Source: a virus. From it: a DNA stretch of 64,000 nt. Shown here in pieces: positions 8,007 to 17,716 of this stretch (its first letter is position 1; every line of letters begins with the position of its first letter). The notes beneath the pieces are model-generated. The model did not search any database. It saw only the letters and a program-made list of their open reading frames with translations, and was not told the DNA's origin. The stretch lies in the IMG/VR virus record IMGVR_UViG_3300046542_000168, positions 1-64,000 of that record. One strand, 5' to 3'. Both the position numbers and the translations under genes were made by a program.

Positions 8007-8534
8007 TTAATCCTCGTATTCTTTAATTACAGTTATAGCAGCAAGTAAAGCATGCTGTTGTCGCTGTGCATTGATCCAGTAAGTAAGGGTTTGCCGTATC
8101 CAGGCAATCATGGAACCTGACCCCTCGTCAATTGATGCTTGAGTCATTGCAGGGCGCACTTCGTCTGGAAATCGAATAACGAACTTGTCATAATGCGTGT
8201 GGGTAGCCTCACACATAACAAATTCTGGTACTACGGCCAAGACCTCGGCACTAAGTTCCTCTCCCAGGTAGGCACATAGCCCACTAAGAGTTGCTGAAGA
8301 TTGGACGCGGCCATTAATAGAGTCCATAATGGCCATATTAACTTCGGAATTCTTGCTGCGGAGCTGAAGATCGGCAAGCCGCTCTATCTCCGCAAACAGT
8401 TCTTCGTACCCACGGATAACAAACTTATCAGCTAGTCGGCTACTTTCAGTATCAGCCCCACGGGGGAGCCACCTTGCAGCCTCGACGGCCTTGGTGCGTA
8501 TTGCGTGGTCGATGTTCGTTACTACAGCGTTCAT
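8007..8534 (-). CDS. AmrZ/Arc-like ribbon-helix-helix regulator with two RHH repeats
   Basis: SSRLADKFVIR...RSKNSEV, second copy YDKFVIRFPDEVR, and tail RQQHALLAAI; compare AmrZ SSRTADKFVVR...RSMNSEI...RQQNALVALI. Confidence 0.75.
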   Translation of the reverse strand: MNAVVTNIDHAIRTKAVEAARWLPRGADTESSRLADKFVIRGYEELFAEIERLADLQLRSKNSEVNMAIMDSINGRVQSSATLSGLCAYLGEELSAEVLAVVPEFVMCEATHTHYDKFVIRFPDEVRPAMTQASIDEGSGSMIAWIRQTLTYWINAQRQQHALLAAITVIKEYED

Positions 8535-8603
8535 TCTGCCTTCCTGCCTTCCGAGATGGGCTTATTTTACAGCCCTTCCGTCACAGCGTCATCAAGTAAA
8601 TCC

Positions 8604-9341
8604 TCAGACTTCCTCAAAGTGCTCATAACATTCACAGCACATGAGCCTTAATCCAGGCCTTGCCCACACTTGTATAGGTTTCGGCTTGCACTTGCATCGA
8701 TATTTTGCCCTGGTGGGCTTAGCAGGCGCTAACTCGGCCAGGATTGGCGACAGTTTCGTCCCTTCTGCTAGGCCGAGAGTTTCAATAAGGTTCACGCCTT
8801 CGACATTACCCGTCATTGCTGCTTGCAATACCCAGTCCGCAACATGGTGTGCAGGATAACGGTCAAACCAAGTGATCTTAAATGAAGTGGCCAGCAACTT
8901 ATCCAGGGCCTGCTCAAATACACCGCCTGCAATGGCATAGTCTGCCATCTGTTCACCCGTTTCCCTGCCCCCAGGCTTGCCTGTATTACTCGGCATCAGT
9001 CCAACAGACTTCATCTTCGCTCCCCACTCTTGATTGTGGTAGCTCCGACGCCCAGGATCACCGTAGTGTGCCTGCCACTGATGCACTTGTTCATGCACCA
9101 TTGTCTGCATTACTTCTTTCAGAGGGACAATAGGGAAGTAGGCCGGGTTTAAGGCAATCTCATCTGTGAAAGTCTTATCGCCATGGCGAACGAACGATTT
9201 ATGCTTGTAGTAGCCGTATATCTTCTTGCCCCGCTGGAGGGTAATCAGACACCCAGGCAGCTCCCCGCCGAACAGTTCGTTGTTGAAGTGATCGTATGCC
9301 AGATTCATCTCGGCATAGGCTTCAGTGGTGGGGAGTGACAT
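8604..9341 (-). CDS. SprT-family zinc metalloprotease
   Basis: FNNELFGGELP, HEQVH...H, C-terminal CxC...CxxC. Confidence 0.85.
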   Translation of the reverse strand: MSLPTTEAYAEMNLAYDHFNNELFGGELPGCLITLQRGKKIYGYYKHKSFVRHGDKTFTDEIALNPAYFPIVPLKEVMQTMVHEQVHQWQAHYGDPGRRSYHNQEWGAKMKSVGLMPSNTGKPGGRETGEQMADYAIAGGVFEQALDKLLATSFKITWFDRYPAHHVADWVLQAAMTGNVEGVNLIETLGLAEGTKLSPILAELAPAKPTRAKYRCKCKPKPIQVWARPGLRLMCCECYEHFEEV

Positions 9342-9414
9342 AAAGGTGCGCCTCTGGATTGTACAATCCAATGCTAGCACACGTAGCTTTATGCCACCAA
9401 TGCTTTAAGCAGCC

Positions 9415-9852
9415 CTAGTGGGAAATTTCCTTGAAGCCCAGGGGCTCGAACAAGACAGTAATCTGCCCGTCAAGCTCATTGCTTAGGTCGCCATAGAGGC
9501 AGACGCACCCTTGATCTGGAATGTTGTCCAGTATCTCGGAGACTTTCTGTAGTAATGGAGTCGGGCCTAGCTTCATCTCGACAAAGAACAGGGCCTTCTT
9601 ATCCCCGAAAGGCAGGTTCATCAGCGATTCAAGCGCAGCCTTGCCCACAAGAGTAAGTGCTGGTCCCTCTGGAGTTGTTTCACCACCAGACCAACTTGCA
9701 TAGATAGTCTTACCCTTATATTGCAGTTCAAACACTTGAAACTGCATCTGTGTATCAGGCGGCACTTTGTCGGGGTAGTTGGCCAGTATCTCAACCATTG
9801 TCGCAGCAGATGGCTTAGTGCCGATGAGAAACTTCATCTTTATCTTGTTCAT
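9415..9852 (-). CDS. Hypothetical protein
   Basis: 145-aa ORF with ATGA overlap. Confidence 0.7.
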   Translation of the reverse strand: MNKIKMKFLIGTKPSAATMVEILANYPDKVPPDTQMQFQVFELQYKGKTIYASWSGGETTPEGPALTLVGKAALESLMNLPFGDKKALFFVEMKLGPTPLLQKVSEILDNIPDQGCVCLYGDLSNELDGQITVLFEPLGFKEISH

Positions 9853-10055
9853 GCTTCCCCGCTCTCCACAGACGCAAACGTGCGAGTCTTGCTGATACGC
9901 TTGCTCATTCTAGTAAGTTCATCTTGACAGAGTTGTAATTCTTCTTCTGTGAACTCATCAGCCCACGGTTGGAAGATCGGTTCGGCATTCTCAATCATGC
10001 TCTGAGCGAAACCCCTGGCCCGGTCAACTATCCACGCCTTGCGTTCTCGATTCAC
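9849..10055 (-). CDS. Hypothetical protein
   Basis: Co-oriented small ORF. Confidence 0.6.
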   Translation of the reverse strand: MNRERKAWIVDRARGFAQSMIENAEPIFQPWADEFTEEELQLCQDELTRMSKRISKTRTFASVESGEA

Positions 10056-10152
10056 TGGTAAGCCCTCAGAACGTTATGGTAAAATGCCATCGCAGGGTGA
10101 GCATAGCTTTGCGTTCCACAACAATTCGGGGGAAGCGTTGTGGCACCCTGCT

Positions 10153-10632
10153 CTACTTTCCAGTCAAGCCATCATTCAGACCCGCAAGATAAGCCTTTTG
10201 TCGCTCAGTCTTCATGTTCATGGTGCTGCCGAAGGGTTTCTTCTCACGAGCATCGTCCCACTTAGTAAACATCGCTAAGGCTTGTTGATCGCTAGGTACT
10301 TTTTGCCCCATCACCATATCTGCCATCGCGAATGCACGGAAACCCTTGTCATGGTCAATAGCGTGCATGATCCACTGCTTTTCAGGGTGGTGCTCAGTGC
10401 TTTCGAACTCAAACTTAATCGGTGTAGCTCTACGCTGGGAGAACTCACCCCTGTAGTTGGTGTAACCGAAGTTCCATGGCTCACCTTTAGCCCCTGAAAA
10501 GTGGCTATCACGAACTTCCAGGCACTCAGAGCAAAGACTTTCTTCGACTTGCCGTGGCGTCTCACAATAAGACTTGCAGAGATGGTGCAATTGGCACTCA
10601 GGGGGTGCTTCGGTGAACTTGGTTCTGGTCAT
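10153..10632 (-). CDS. WYL-like domain protein with Cys/His-rich N-terminus
   Basis: YTNYRGEFSQRRATP...QWIMHAID...RAFAMADM. Confidence 0.65.
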   Translation of the reverse strand: MTRTKFTEAPPECQLHHLCKSYCETPRQVEESLCSECLEVRDSHFSGAKGEPWNFGYTNYRGEFSQRRATPIKFEFESTEHHPEKQWIMHAIDHDKGFRAFAMADMVMGQKVPSDQQALAMFTKWDDAREKKPFGSTMNMKTERQKAYLAGLNDGLTGK

Positions 10633-10761
10633 TGCGCAATTCCCTGGACTGAATATTATGGGTATGACTCAACATATACTTCGGGGTAGGCAAGTCTCTC
10701 AACATTACTACTGCTACAGTACCTACCCAAAGTGCCATCATGAGGGCAAGTGTAAGAGATT

Positions 10762-11004
10762 TCAGCAATAGAGTAAACCCCGCTCTGACAGCATGTGATA
10801 AATACCCGTCCAGCGGCCTGCCCCGACGTTGAAGTCTGGGAGCCAGACGAACCAGCCACGCGGGTTGACGAGTCCTTTGCCCTTCTTCATCATCGTGGGA
10901 ACGTCTTCAACTATCGTCCATCGAATACCCTCTTCTTTCAGGATTCGAATTGGTAGGGTGAGGTCAGCATCAGGACCGTGGTAGATAACTGCTTGAAGCT
11001 TCAT
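10762..11004 (-). CDS. Hypothetical protein
   Basis: Overlapping co-oriented ORF. Confidence 0.6.
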   Translation of the reverse strand: MKLQAVIYHGPDADLTLPIRILKEEGIRWTIVEDVPTMMKKGKGLVNPRGWFVWLPDFNVGAGRWTGIYHMLSERGLLYC

Positions 11005-11207
11005 TCGATTAATACGTCTTCTGGGTTAAAGTCTTGACCCCACACGTCCAATGCTTCTTTTAAAGTTGCATAGTAGACAACTGGAGGGGAGATATAAGTT
11101 CTGACGTACTCCCGAACACTTTCATTCATCGGTAAGTCACGCCAGAAAACAAGTTGGTCCTGGGGCAAACACTCAGGACATTGTTGCGTAGGGGTAGGTA
11201 GCGTCAT
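11001..11207 (-). CDS. Hypothetical protein
   Basis: Overlapping co-oriented ORF. Confidence 0.55.
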   Translation of the reverse strand: MTLPTPTQQCPECLPQDQLVFWRDLPMNESVREYVRTYISPPVVYYATLKEALDVWGQDFNPEDVLIE

Positions 11208-11421
11208 CTTCTACAGCCTCTTTCGGGCTAACCGTCAGTTCTCCACCCTCATCTAGGTTGCGGTACATTAGCCTGGATGCGTAAACAGCAGCAGTGGCTG
11301 GTTCTTCGGGACCAAAGATGCCCATCAAGATCAACAGGTCTGCAACTTCTTGCTTCCAGTACTTACGCTCTGCTGCTTGGCGATTAACACGGGTAGTTCC
11401 GTGATTACCTAGTGCTGTCAT
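11173..11421 (-). CDS. Hypothetical protein
   Basis: Overlapping co-oriented ORF. Confidence 0.55.
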   Translation of the reverse strand: MTALGNHGTTRVNRQAAERKYWKQEVADLLILMGIFGPEEPATAAVYASRLMYRNLDEGGELTVSPKEAVEDDATYPYATMS

Positions 11422-11606
11422 TCATCTTCCTCGATCAATTCAATGGTGACTCTAACCTTCTGGTGTGGTCGCTTGCTCACATACTTAAGATACCCAACTA
11501 CATGGCTATCCCACTCTCTTCGAAACGCGGGTTCTTTTTTGCACCCTATGAAGCTCAGCCAGCCAACTTCATCAGTAACTAAGTCAGCTCGCAATATCGT
11601 ACTCAT
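11418..11606 (-). CDS. Hypothetical protein
   Basis: ATGA-coupled ORF. Confidence 0.6.
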   Translation of the reverse strand: MSTILRADLVTDEVGWLSFIGCKKEPAFRREWDSHVVGYLKYVSKRPHQKVRVTIELIEEDE

Positions 11607-11830
11607 TGCATAGCCTCAGCCAGTGTTACTGCTCCACCCTCGATTGCGGCGGACTGTCGCTGCATCTCTGCAAACTGTGGCCAGTTCTTAGTTGCATCAA
11701 CTACTAGGTCTGCCTCTTGCGTTACTAGGCCCAGGTAGTAGTTTGCCAGGAACTCTGCACGACGAAGGCGCTCTTCAATCGGCAGGCGGTTATATTCATT
11801 GCGCAACTTGATATAATTCTTGAATTTCAT
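11603..11830 (-). CDS. Hypothetical protein
   Basis: ATGA-coupled ORF with AAGGA RBS. Confidence 0.65.
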   Translation of the reverse strand: MKFKNYIKLRNEYNRLPIEERLRRAEFLANYYLGLVTQEADLVVDATKNWPQFAEMQRQSAAIEGGAVTLAEAMQ

Positions 11831-11841
11831 TACCTAGTCCT

Positions 11842-12177
11842 TTAGTTTCCGCGAAGTCGGCCCATCAGGTAGCCCACGTCTTCGTAAGGAATCCATGTGT
11901 GTAGTTCGATTCGTGTAAATTCACGGCCAGCATGAAGGTAGACCCACCTTCCCTTCCCTCCCGTGTACATATGGCTAACATCTTTAGGCCACGCCCATAT
12001 CCAGCGAGATGAGCCCTCATCGGTTTTAACCTTGGCCTGCAATCCGTTTGTATCGAGCGGTATCCCCTGAAGTTCACAGTACTTCTGGGCGTGCTTAAGG
12101 GCGTGCTCTTCATCTTCCATCACGAACAATATCCGATGATTCTTTATGTCATCGCCTAGGGAGATGATAATGCTCAT
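11842..12177 (-). CDS. Hypothetical protein
   Basis: ATGA-coupled ORF. Confidence 0.65.
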   Translation of the reverse strand: MSIIISLGDDIKNHRILFVMEDEEHALKHAQKYCELQGIPLDTNGLQAKVKTDEGSSRWIWAWPKDVSHMYTGGKGRWVYLHAGREFTRIELHTWIPYEDVGYLMGRLRGN

Positions 12178-12557
12178 TGCTCGCCACGCTCATTTTCACG
12201 GTAGTGGTTAACGATCACGGCGAAACTACGGCGGATCTGCCTGAATCCATTTCTCACGCTCTGGAGAACAATGAGTGCGAAGTTGATAAAGCCGATAATG
12301 ATGATTGCTGGCCAGCCCAGGGGCCAGAATGTTGCTGCTATGATCCCTGCTGCGTCTCCCAGGGGGTAGTTGTAGTTAAACAACACTCCACACCAGTCTT
12401 GAAACAAGCCTTTTGACGCATATCCGATGAGTGCGTATACTGCTGCGAAGAAGAGTACTACTAATGCCATTTCCATATAGCTCCTATGACGCCCTACAAG
12501 CGTCTCTGAGGCGTCCCCTAGTATGTCTGGGTGCCTTTGTCCTTTAATGCCTCTCAA
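12174..12557 (-). CDS. Membrane protein (start uncertain)
   Basis: Two hydrophobic segments with a FWPLGWP motif. Confidence 0.6.
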   Translation of the reverse strand: MRGIKGQRHPDILGDASETLVGRHRSYMEMALVVLFFAAVYALIGYASKGLFQDWCGVLFNYNYPLGDAAGIIAATFWPLGWPAIIIIGFINFALIVLQSVRNGFRQIRRSFAVIVNHYRENERGEQ

Positions 12558-12574
12558 AACGCACTACAGAGCGT

Positions 12575-12781
12575 TTAAATGGCTGCGTTACCCCACCACG
12601 GTGTGTCCGGGTGATATGGATGTTCTAAGTATCGCTTCTGGGGTAGCATGTACCGCTCCATAAGCTCTCGAATAACATCGTGCGGCTGTCCTGAATAGCT
12701 GAAGATCGTTACAGTACCGTCTTCGTGCTTGTATTCAATCGAACAGTTCTCCAGGGTAAGTTTCTGTAGCTCAGTACTCAT
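12575..12781 (-). CDS. Hypothetical protein
   Basis: ATGA-coupled ORF. Confidence 0.6.
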   Translation of the reverse strand: MSTELQKLTLENCSIEYKHEDGTVTIFSYSGQPHDVIRELMERYMLPQKRYLEHPYHPDTPWWGNAAI

Positions 12782-13326
12782 CGTCCGAACCCCACTTCCG
12801 CATAGCGCTTGATCCGCGATCTATCAGATTGATTTACTAGATTGAAGCGAGGGATTCCGTACATCTCTGCGATCTTCCACGCTGTGCGGGTTCCGCCTTC
12901 TGGAACTCCGTGAATATCAGGTATTCCCCAACAAACAAGTAGTTTGCTGTAAGTGCTTGGAGCAAGCCCTGGACCGAGTACCTGATATACGTTCCGTGCG
13001 TGAAGCTGCTGGGCACTATCGTTTAGTCGCGCCCAGCGTGGATGTACTTCTGATGCAATTCTTACAGCTTCGTCATAATCGGCATACCGTTGAGCGTTAA
13101 ATACTCCGCATCTTACGCTGTGCCGCCTGCCGTGCGCGTTCTCCTTGTGAATGAATATCTGTTTATGCTGATTCTCAGTAACACCATCTTCGAAGAAAGT
13201 GTCTGCGCCTCTAGCCCCGCCTGATCTGAGAATCCATCCATCTTTTTCCATCTTGGCAGCTAGTTGTGTCATTATGCTGCCCATCGTGGGCGGCGTCTCA
13301 CGGCTTCCAATGCCTGCGTAATACAT
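12778..13326 (-). CDS. SLOG-superfamily (DprA/YpsA-like) nucleotide-binding protein
   Basis: YAGIGSRETP, LRSGGARGADT, ARN, GGT motifs. Confidence 0.8.
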   Translation of the reverse strand: MYYAGIGSRETPPTMGSIMTQLAAKMEKDGWILRSGGARGADTFFEDGVTENQHKQIFIHKENAHGRRHSVRCGVFNAQRYADYDEAVRIASEVHPRWARLNDSAQQLHARNVYQVLGPGLAPSTYSKLLVCWGIPDIHGVPEGGTRTAWKIAEMYGIPRFNLVNQSDRSRIKRYAEVGFGR

Positions 13327-13327
13327 C

Positions 13328-13528
13328 TTAGTCTTGAACTCTTGTTGGATACTCCAGTAGGTAGCACAAGCCAACTTCTGGGTAATCACCGTAGGCGAAC
13401 CCGCCACGAGTGATATTGAAAATACGGATGTAGTCAGTTAACGCTTCAATAGTCTTGAATGTTCGTTGTGTGATTTCCTGTGGTGGCAGGATTTGTCCAA
13501 CCAGTACATCTTGCTCACTTGCTTGCAA
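13328..13528 (-). CDS. Hypothetical protein
   Basis: Fills the gap; GAGG upstream. Confidence 0.5.
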   Translation of the reverse strand: MQASEQDVLVGQILPPQEITQRTFKTIEALTDYIRIFNITRGGFAYGDYPEVGLCYLLEYPTRVQD

Positions 13529-13541
13529 CTCACTTACCTCA

Positions 13542-14213
13542 TTACTGTATCTGGACTAAAGTTATTCGCCCGCCCTTAAACCCCGATCCCGTATCTAAGT
13601 ACGTCACGTTGCCTAGGGTTGTGGGATTTTCTACAAATGAGTGGCCGACATAGACGTGATCTATGCCCCACACTTGCCGGGTAGTTCCCCGTGCGAGCCT
13701 GGACCGCGACCAGAGCGCCACAGTTGTGAAGTGCTCTTTATTGTCGTTGTACAGATTCTTGAACTCGTTCCAGTTGCAGTGTGGTACTTCCGCATGGACG
13801 ATGCCGATAAGCCCGCGATCAGTCTCGACCTCGATGCCCAGGGGCAAGTCTTCAAACGTTAGGATTGTACACTGCTGCTCTACCGTAGGCAGACCATAGA
13901 GCCACATCCCACCCTGCTGCATATGGTGGTACTTAGCATCTGGATATTCAGGGTTGAAGGCGTCAATCGCCATCTGCTCATGGTTGCCCAGGACAGAATA
14001 GAACCATCGTTCTAGTTGGAGATAATACGCTGCTTCATAACTCTCAGGGCCTCTGTCAATCAGATCCCCTGCGGCGAAGAGTCGGTCAAATGCTTTGTCG
14101 AAGCCTACGGCCTCTAGTGCTTTCTCAAGGTCAGTGAAATGACCGTGGATATCACCCGCAACAAAGTCTCTTCCGTACTTGTTCTTCTCGAAACGTTTAA
14201 TTAATTCGTGCAT
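13542..14213 (-). CDS. Ser/Thr protein phosphatase (lambda NinI/PrpA-like)
   Basis: GDIHG, GDLIDRG, GNHE, HA, GHS, DTG. Confidence 0.9.
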   Translation of the reverse strand: MHELIKRFEKNKYGRDFVAGDIHGHFTDLEKALEAVGFDKAFDRLFAAGDLIDRGPESYEAAYYLQLERWFYSVLGNHEQMAIDAFNPEYPDAKYHHMQQGGMWLYGLPTVEQQCTILTFEDLPLGIEVETDRGLIGIVHAEVPHCNWNEFKNLYNDNKEHFTTVALWSRSRLARGTTRQVWGIDHVYVGHSFVENPTTLGNVTYLDTGSGFKGGRITLVQIQ

Positions 14214-14239
14214 CTTAGGCGCTCATGCCATGGGCGGGA

Positions 14240-14269
14240 AGTGTAAGAGAAAACGATATTATTTGTCAA
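14240..14269 (-). promoter_or_regulatory. Sigma70-like promoter
   Basis: TTGACA-18-TACACT on the minus strand. Confidence 0.55.
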
Positions 14270-14281
14270 CCCCCAGAATGC

Positions 14282-14305
14282 AAAAAGCCCCGCTCCAGGC
14301 GGGGC
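14282..14305 (-). terminator. Terminator after nrdB
   Basis: GCCCCGC stem with T5 on the minus strand. Confidence 0.75.
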
Positions 14306-14432
14306 GTTTCACAGCAGTTTTATGGGTAGCGAACTTGCAATACCTTTGCAACTCTGAGTGTGTCTACACGTACTCTGGCCACCAGGGCTTCGGATGTATA
14401 AAACAGCCACTCAATCATATCCAGAGGCGTAA

Positions 14433-15449
14433 TCATGCTGCACCCGGCAGCATGTGACGATAACGGTTATAGTTGATTTCCCCAGGCAACTCTTTGTGGA
14501 CGTAATCTGTAACTTTCTTCTCGAAGAAGTTACTGTGCTTGTTAGCACCCAGCAACCATTCCATCCATGGAAGGGGGTTAACTGGAACATCCGACAACTG
14601 GCAGTAGCCCAGTTGGAACAAACGCAACTGGCACAGGTAGTCGATGTATCCTTTCATCTCTACCAGGGTCAAGCCTTCTGCCCCGCCCATCTGGAAGACT
14701 AGTTCGAGATAGCGGTACTCAGCCTCACGGAACTTATCAACAAACCGGCGTGTGATGTACTCAAGAGCCATCCGCTCAACTTCAGTTAGGTCCAGACGCA
14801 TTTCCTTAACTGTGTTGATGTTGTAGATAACGTGTTCCGACTCATCCTTGAGCGACCATTCGTTAATATCGTTGAAGCCGTTCATGATGCCGCAACGTTT
14901 CTGGTTCAACAGAGTAGCGAACGCACCGAACAGGCCAACACCTTCGCCCAGGAGGATCGTGGTCAGCTTGATAGTTGCCCGAAGTTCATCACGAGCCCCG
15001 GCTGGAACAACGTCTTCAGACATCAAGTCCAGCTTATCAACCATCTCCTTATATTCAGCGAACGCTGTCCAATCGGAGTTGCTGAAGCCGAAGGTTTCCG
15101 CTGCAAGAGCATAAGCCCGCTGGTGCGTAACTTCACGACAAGCGAAGGTCAGCATCATGTTGCGGATTTCATTGTTCTTAATGTACGGCAGAACTTCGGT
15201 GTAACCAGCGCCGACAGTTCGGTCCATCTCGGTGAAAAGACACAGAGTCTTATCAAGAATGGCCTTGTTCTGGTCGTGTGTTACAGTCGCAGTCTTCATA
15301 CCCTCTTTCGAGTAGTACTGCTGAATGTCATCTTGCAAGTTAATCTGGTGAACATCCCAGAACATCTCAATAGAGTGACGCTGGGCGGCGTCAACCGCCC
15401 AGGAGTAAGTGAATGGCCTGTAAGACAGGCTCTCTTTAAATACGCTCAC
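14433..15449 (-). CDS. nrdB: Ribonucleotide reductase beta subunit (class I)
   Basis: YRPFTYSW, REVTHQRAY, EGVGLFGAF, DESEH, NFFEKKVTDY. Confidence 0.93.
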   Translation of the reverse strand: MSVFKESLSYRPFTYSWAVDAAQRHSIEMFWDVHQINLQDDIQQYYSKEGMKTATVTHDQNKAILDKTLCLFTEMDRTVGAGYTEVLPYIKNNEIRNMMLTFACREVTHQRAYALAAETFGFSNSDWTAFAEYKEMVDKLDLMSEDVVPAGARDELRATIKLTTILLGEGVGLFGAFATLLNQKRCGIMNGFNDINEWSLKDESEHVIYNINTVKEMRLDLTEVERMALEYITRRFVDKFREAEYRYLELVFQMGGAEGLTLVEMKGYIDYLCQLRLFQLGYCQLSDVPVNPLPWMEWLLGANKHSNFFEKKVTDYVHKELPGEINYNRYRHMLPGAA

Positions 15450-15452
15450 AAT

Positions 15453-17309
15453 TTATCCTTCGCATGCGAGACAGCTAGTGTCTACATACTCAACTTTCTT
15501 CTTCACGGGCACGGCATTTAGTGGCTTATCCCCACCAGTACCGATATCAGCCTTGGCGGTGCCTTCTGCACGGCAGTAATACAACGCTTTAAGTCCCTTG
15601 TACCAAGCGGTAATAGTGATATCCATCATCCGCTCCTTGGTGATGTCGTTCGGAACCTTAATGTTGAGGCTTGTTCCCTGACAGATATATGGCGTGCGGG
15701 CTGCTGCCTGCTCGATGATCCACATAGGATCTGTCTCTTTGAAAGTCTTAAACACAGACTTCTCAAACTCGGTCAAGCAACTTAGGTTCTGTACACTACC
15801 GTCGTCGTTCTTAATGAACTCCCAGATTTCCGGGGTATCCATACCCTTCGAACGCAACAGCGCTTCCAGCCACTTGTTCTTAATCAAGAAGGCGCCTGCT
15901 CGACCATCAGCTACGAAGCAGTTATCTGCCCACGGCTCGATGGTCGGTGAAGCTCCTACCAGGCTAGAACTGGAGGCGTTCGGTGCAATGGCGAACAAGT
16001 GCGAGTTACGCATGCCGCTACCGGCACAATCTGGTGCCTCACCGCGTTCCAGGGCGAGCTGTAGGCTCGATTCAATACCCAGTTCACGTAGCCGCTTGTA
16101 GATCATATGGGTGTGCTGAATAGCACTGTTAAACCCACCACTCTCAAACGGAATCATCTTGCTCTGCAAGTAAGAGTGCCAGCCTAGTGTACCCAGGCCC
16201 AGGGCTCGCTCTTTCTTAGCGGAGTAAACTGCTTTCTTCAACTCTGGTGGTGCCAGTCGAATGAAGAACTCTAGTACGTTGTCCAGATAACGAATCAAGT
16301 CCGCAACTAGGGTCGTATCTTTCCACTCATCATACTTTTCAAGGTTAAGTGAGGACAGGCAGCATACAGCGGTACGCTTCTCCGAGGTCCACAACATAAT
16401 CTCGCTGCACAAGTTACTCTGGCCGACGTAATAGTGCGGGTTGCGAATCCAGCCCGGACGAAGACGGTTAACAGTATCGCGGAACAGGATATACGGCTCA
16501 CCAGTTTCGAAACGCATCTGATGGATGAGTTCCAGTACTTCACGAGCATTCAGGAATCGACCAGTAGGACCATGTTTCGGGTCTACCAGTTCGTAATCCT
16601 CACCCTTGATTACAGCGTGCATGAACTTGTCGGTAAGAGTTACCGCGTTGTTCAAGTTGAAGCATTTTTTGTTTGAGTCGCCACCTACTGGGTCACGCAT
16701 TCGAATGAACTGCATGATTTCCGGGTGATCGACATCAAGATAGGCCGCAATACTGCCTCGACGCGATTCCTTCTGCTTGAAAGCAAGGGTATCTGCATCA
16801 TAACCAGCGGCGTGAGCCATAACACCGGTAGACTTCTCGTCAGGCGCTCGGTTGCCGAACCATACACCAACACCACCACCCATCATTGAGAGCCATTCAG
16901 TCTCACTGCGGGTGTCTACCAGGGATTTCTTATTGTCGCTTACCTTCGTGAGGAAGCAACTAATAGGCATGCCATCTGGTTTGACGTTTCGTTCAAGCCA
17001 GTCACCAGCTTCTTTAAACTGATCTGGAGCGAAGTACGGCCAGTTAATTTCTACGGCATTCGAAAGTACTGGACTTGCGTTAGTGAACCAACCCTTAGAA
17101 GCAGCATCATAGATACGCTGTGCTAGGCCGTAATCACCGAACGAATAACAAGTTGCAGCTCGTGCGAATCCTTCCTGTGGACTGGTTTCCCAGTCCTTCT
17201 TGTAAAATCCCTTTCTGGTAAGCATTGCAAGTCCCTGTTCCGGCAGGGACGCATCACGCGAAAGGTCTACTCGCACACCCAGGTGCTGTCTAACGTAGCC
17301 TTCTAACAC
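15453..17309 (-). CDS. nrdA: Ribonucleotide reductase alpha subunit
   Basis: PISCF, SNLCSEI, VCCLSSLNL, APNASSS, C-terminal CLACEG. Confidence 0.95.
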   Translation of the reverse strand: MLEGYVRQHLGVRVDLSRDASLPEQGLAMLTRKGFYKKDWETSPQEGFARAATCYSFGDYGLAQRIYDAASKGWFTNASPVLSNAVEINWPYFAPDQFKEAGDWLERNVKPDGMPISCFLTKVSDNKKSLVDTRSETEWLSMMGGGVGVWFGNRAPDEKSTGVMAHAAGYDADTLAFKQKESRRGSIAAYLDVDHPEIMQFIRMRDPVGGDSNKKCFNLNNAVTLTDKFMHAVIKGEDYELVDPKHGPTGRFLNAREVLELIHQMRFETGEPYILFRDTVNRLRPGWIRNPHYYVGQSNLCSEIMLWTSEKRTAVCCLSSLNLEKYDEWKDTTLVADLIRYLDNVLEFFIRLAPPELKKAVYSAKKERALGLGTLGWHSYLQSKMIPFESGGFNSAIQHTHMIYKRLRELGIESSLQLALERGEAPDCAGSGMRNSHLFAIAPNASSSSLVGASPTIEPWADNCFVADGRAGAFLIKNKWLEALLRSKGMDTPEIWEFIKNDDGSVQNLSCLTEFEKSVFKTFKETDPMWIIEQAAARTPYICQGTSLNIKVPNDITKERMMDITITAWYKGLKALYYCRAEGTAKADIGTGGDKPLNAVPVKKKVEYVDTSCLACEG

Positions 17310-17311
17310 TA

Positions 17312-17713
17312 TTACTCAAAGCCTCGTTCACGCGATAGTTCGGTACTCATGCTGCGAAGTGCGAATCGCATGCTGTCATCTTTAGACGAAGCAATAACTG
17401 CACTCATACTTGCACACCCGCTACGAATCCACTCGTCATCAAGACGCTCTTGGCCTTCGAAGCGATAACCCGAAACAACCTTATTCTGTAAGTTTCGGTG
17501 CTGGATGAATACAATCTCAACCGGCTCCGCTGTATCAATCCCGTTGGGATAAAGATGATTCAGAATTGAATCATCTTTAACGAATACGTGGCGTTCACCA
17601 CACTCTTCTACAATTTCATAATGCTCAGGAAATCCGAGGATACTCGTATCAAAGTCTTTCTTGAACTCGTCAATCAACTTCAAGTCGCTGACGCTCAGGG
17701 CAAAGTCAACCAT
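17312..17713 (-). CDS. Phage hypothetical protein
   Basis: Co-oriented 133-aa ORF. Confidence 0.65.
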   Translation of the reverse strand: MVDFALSVSDLKLIDEFKKDFDTSILGFPEHYEIVEECGERHVFVKDDSILNHLYPNGIDTAEPVEIVFIQHRNLQNKVVSGYRFEGQERLDDEWIRSGCASMSAVIASSKDDSMRFALRSMSTELSRERGFE

Positions 17714-17716
17714 TGC

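Noticed and set aside
6229-10150. Sigma54 promoters at several TGGCAC/TGGCAT sites
   Set aside because: No correctly spaced TTGC -12 element
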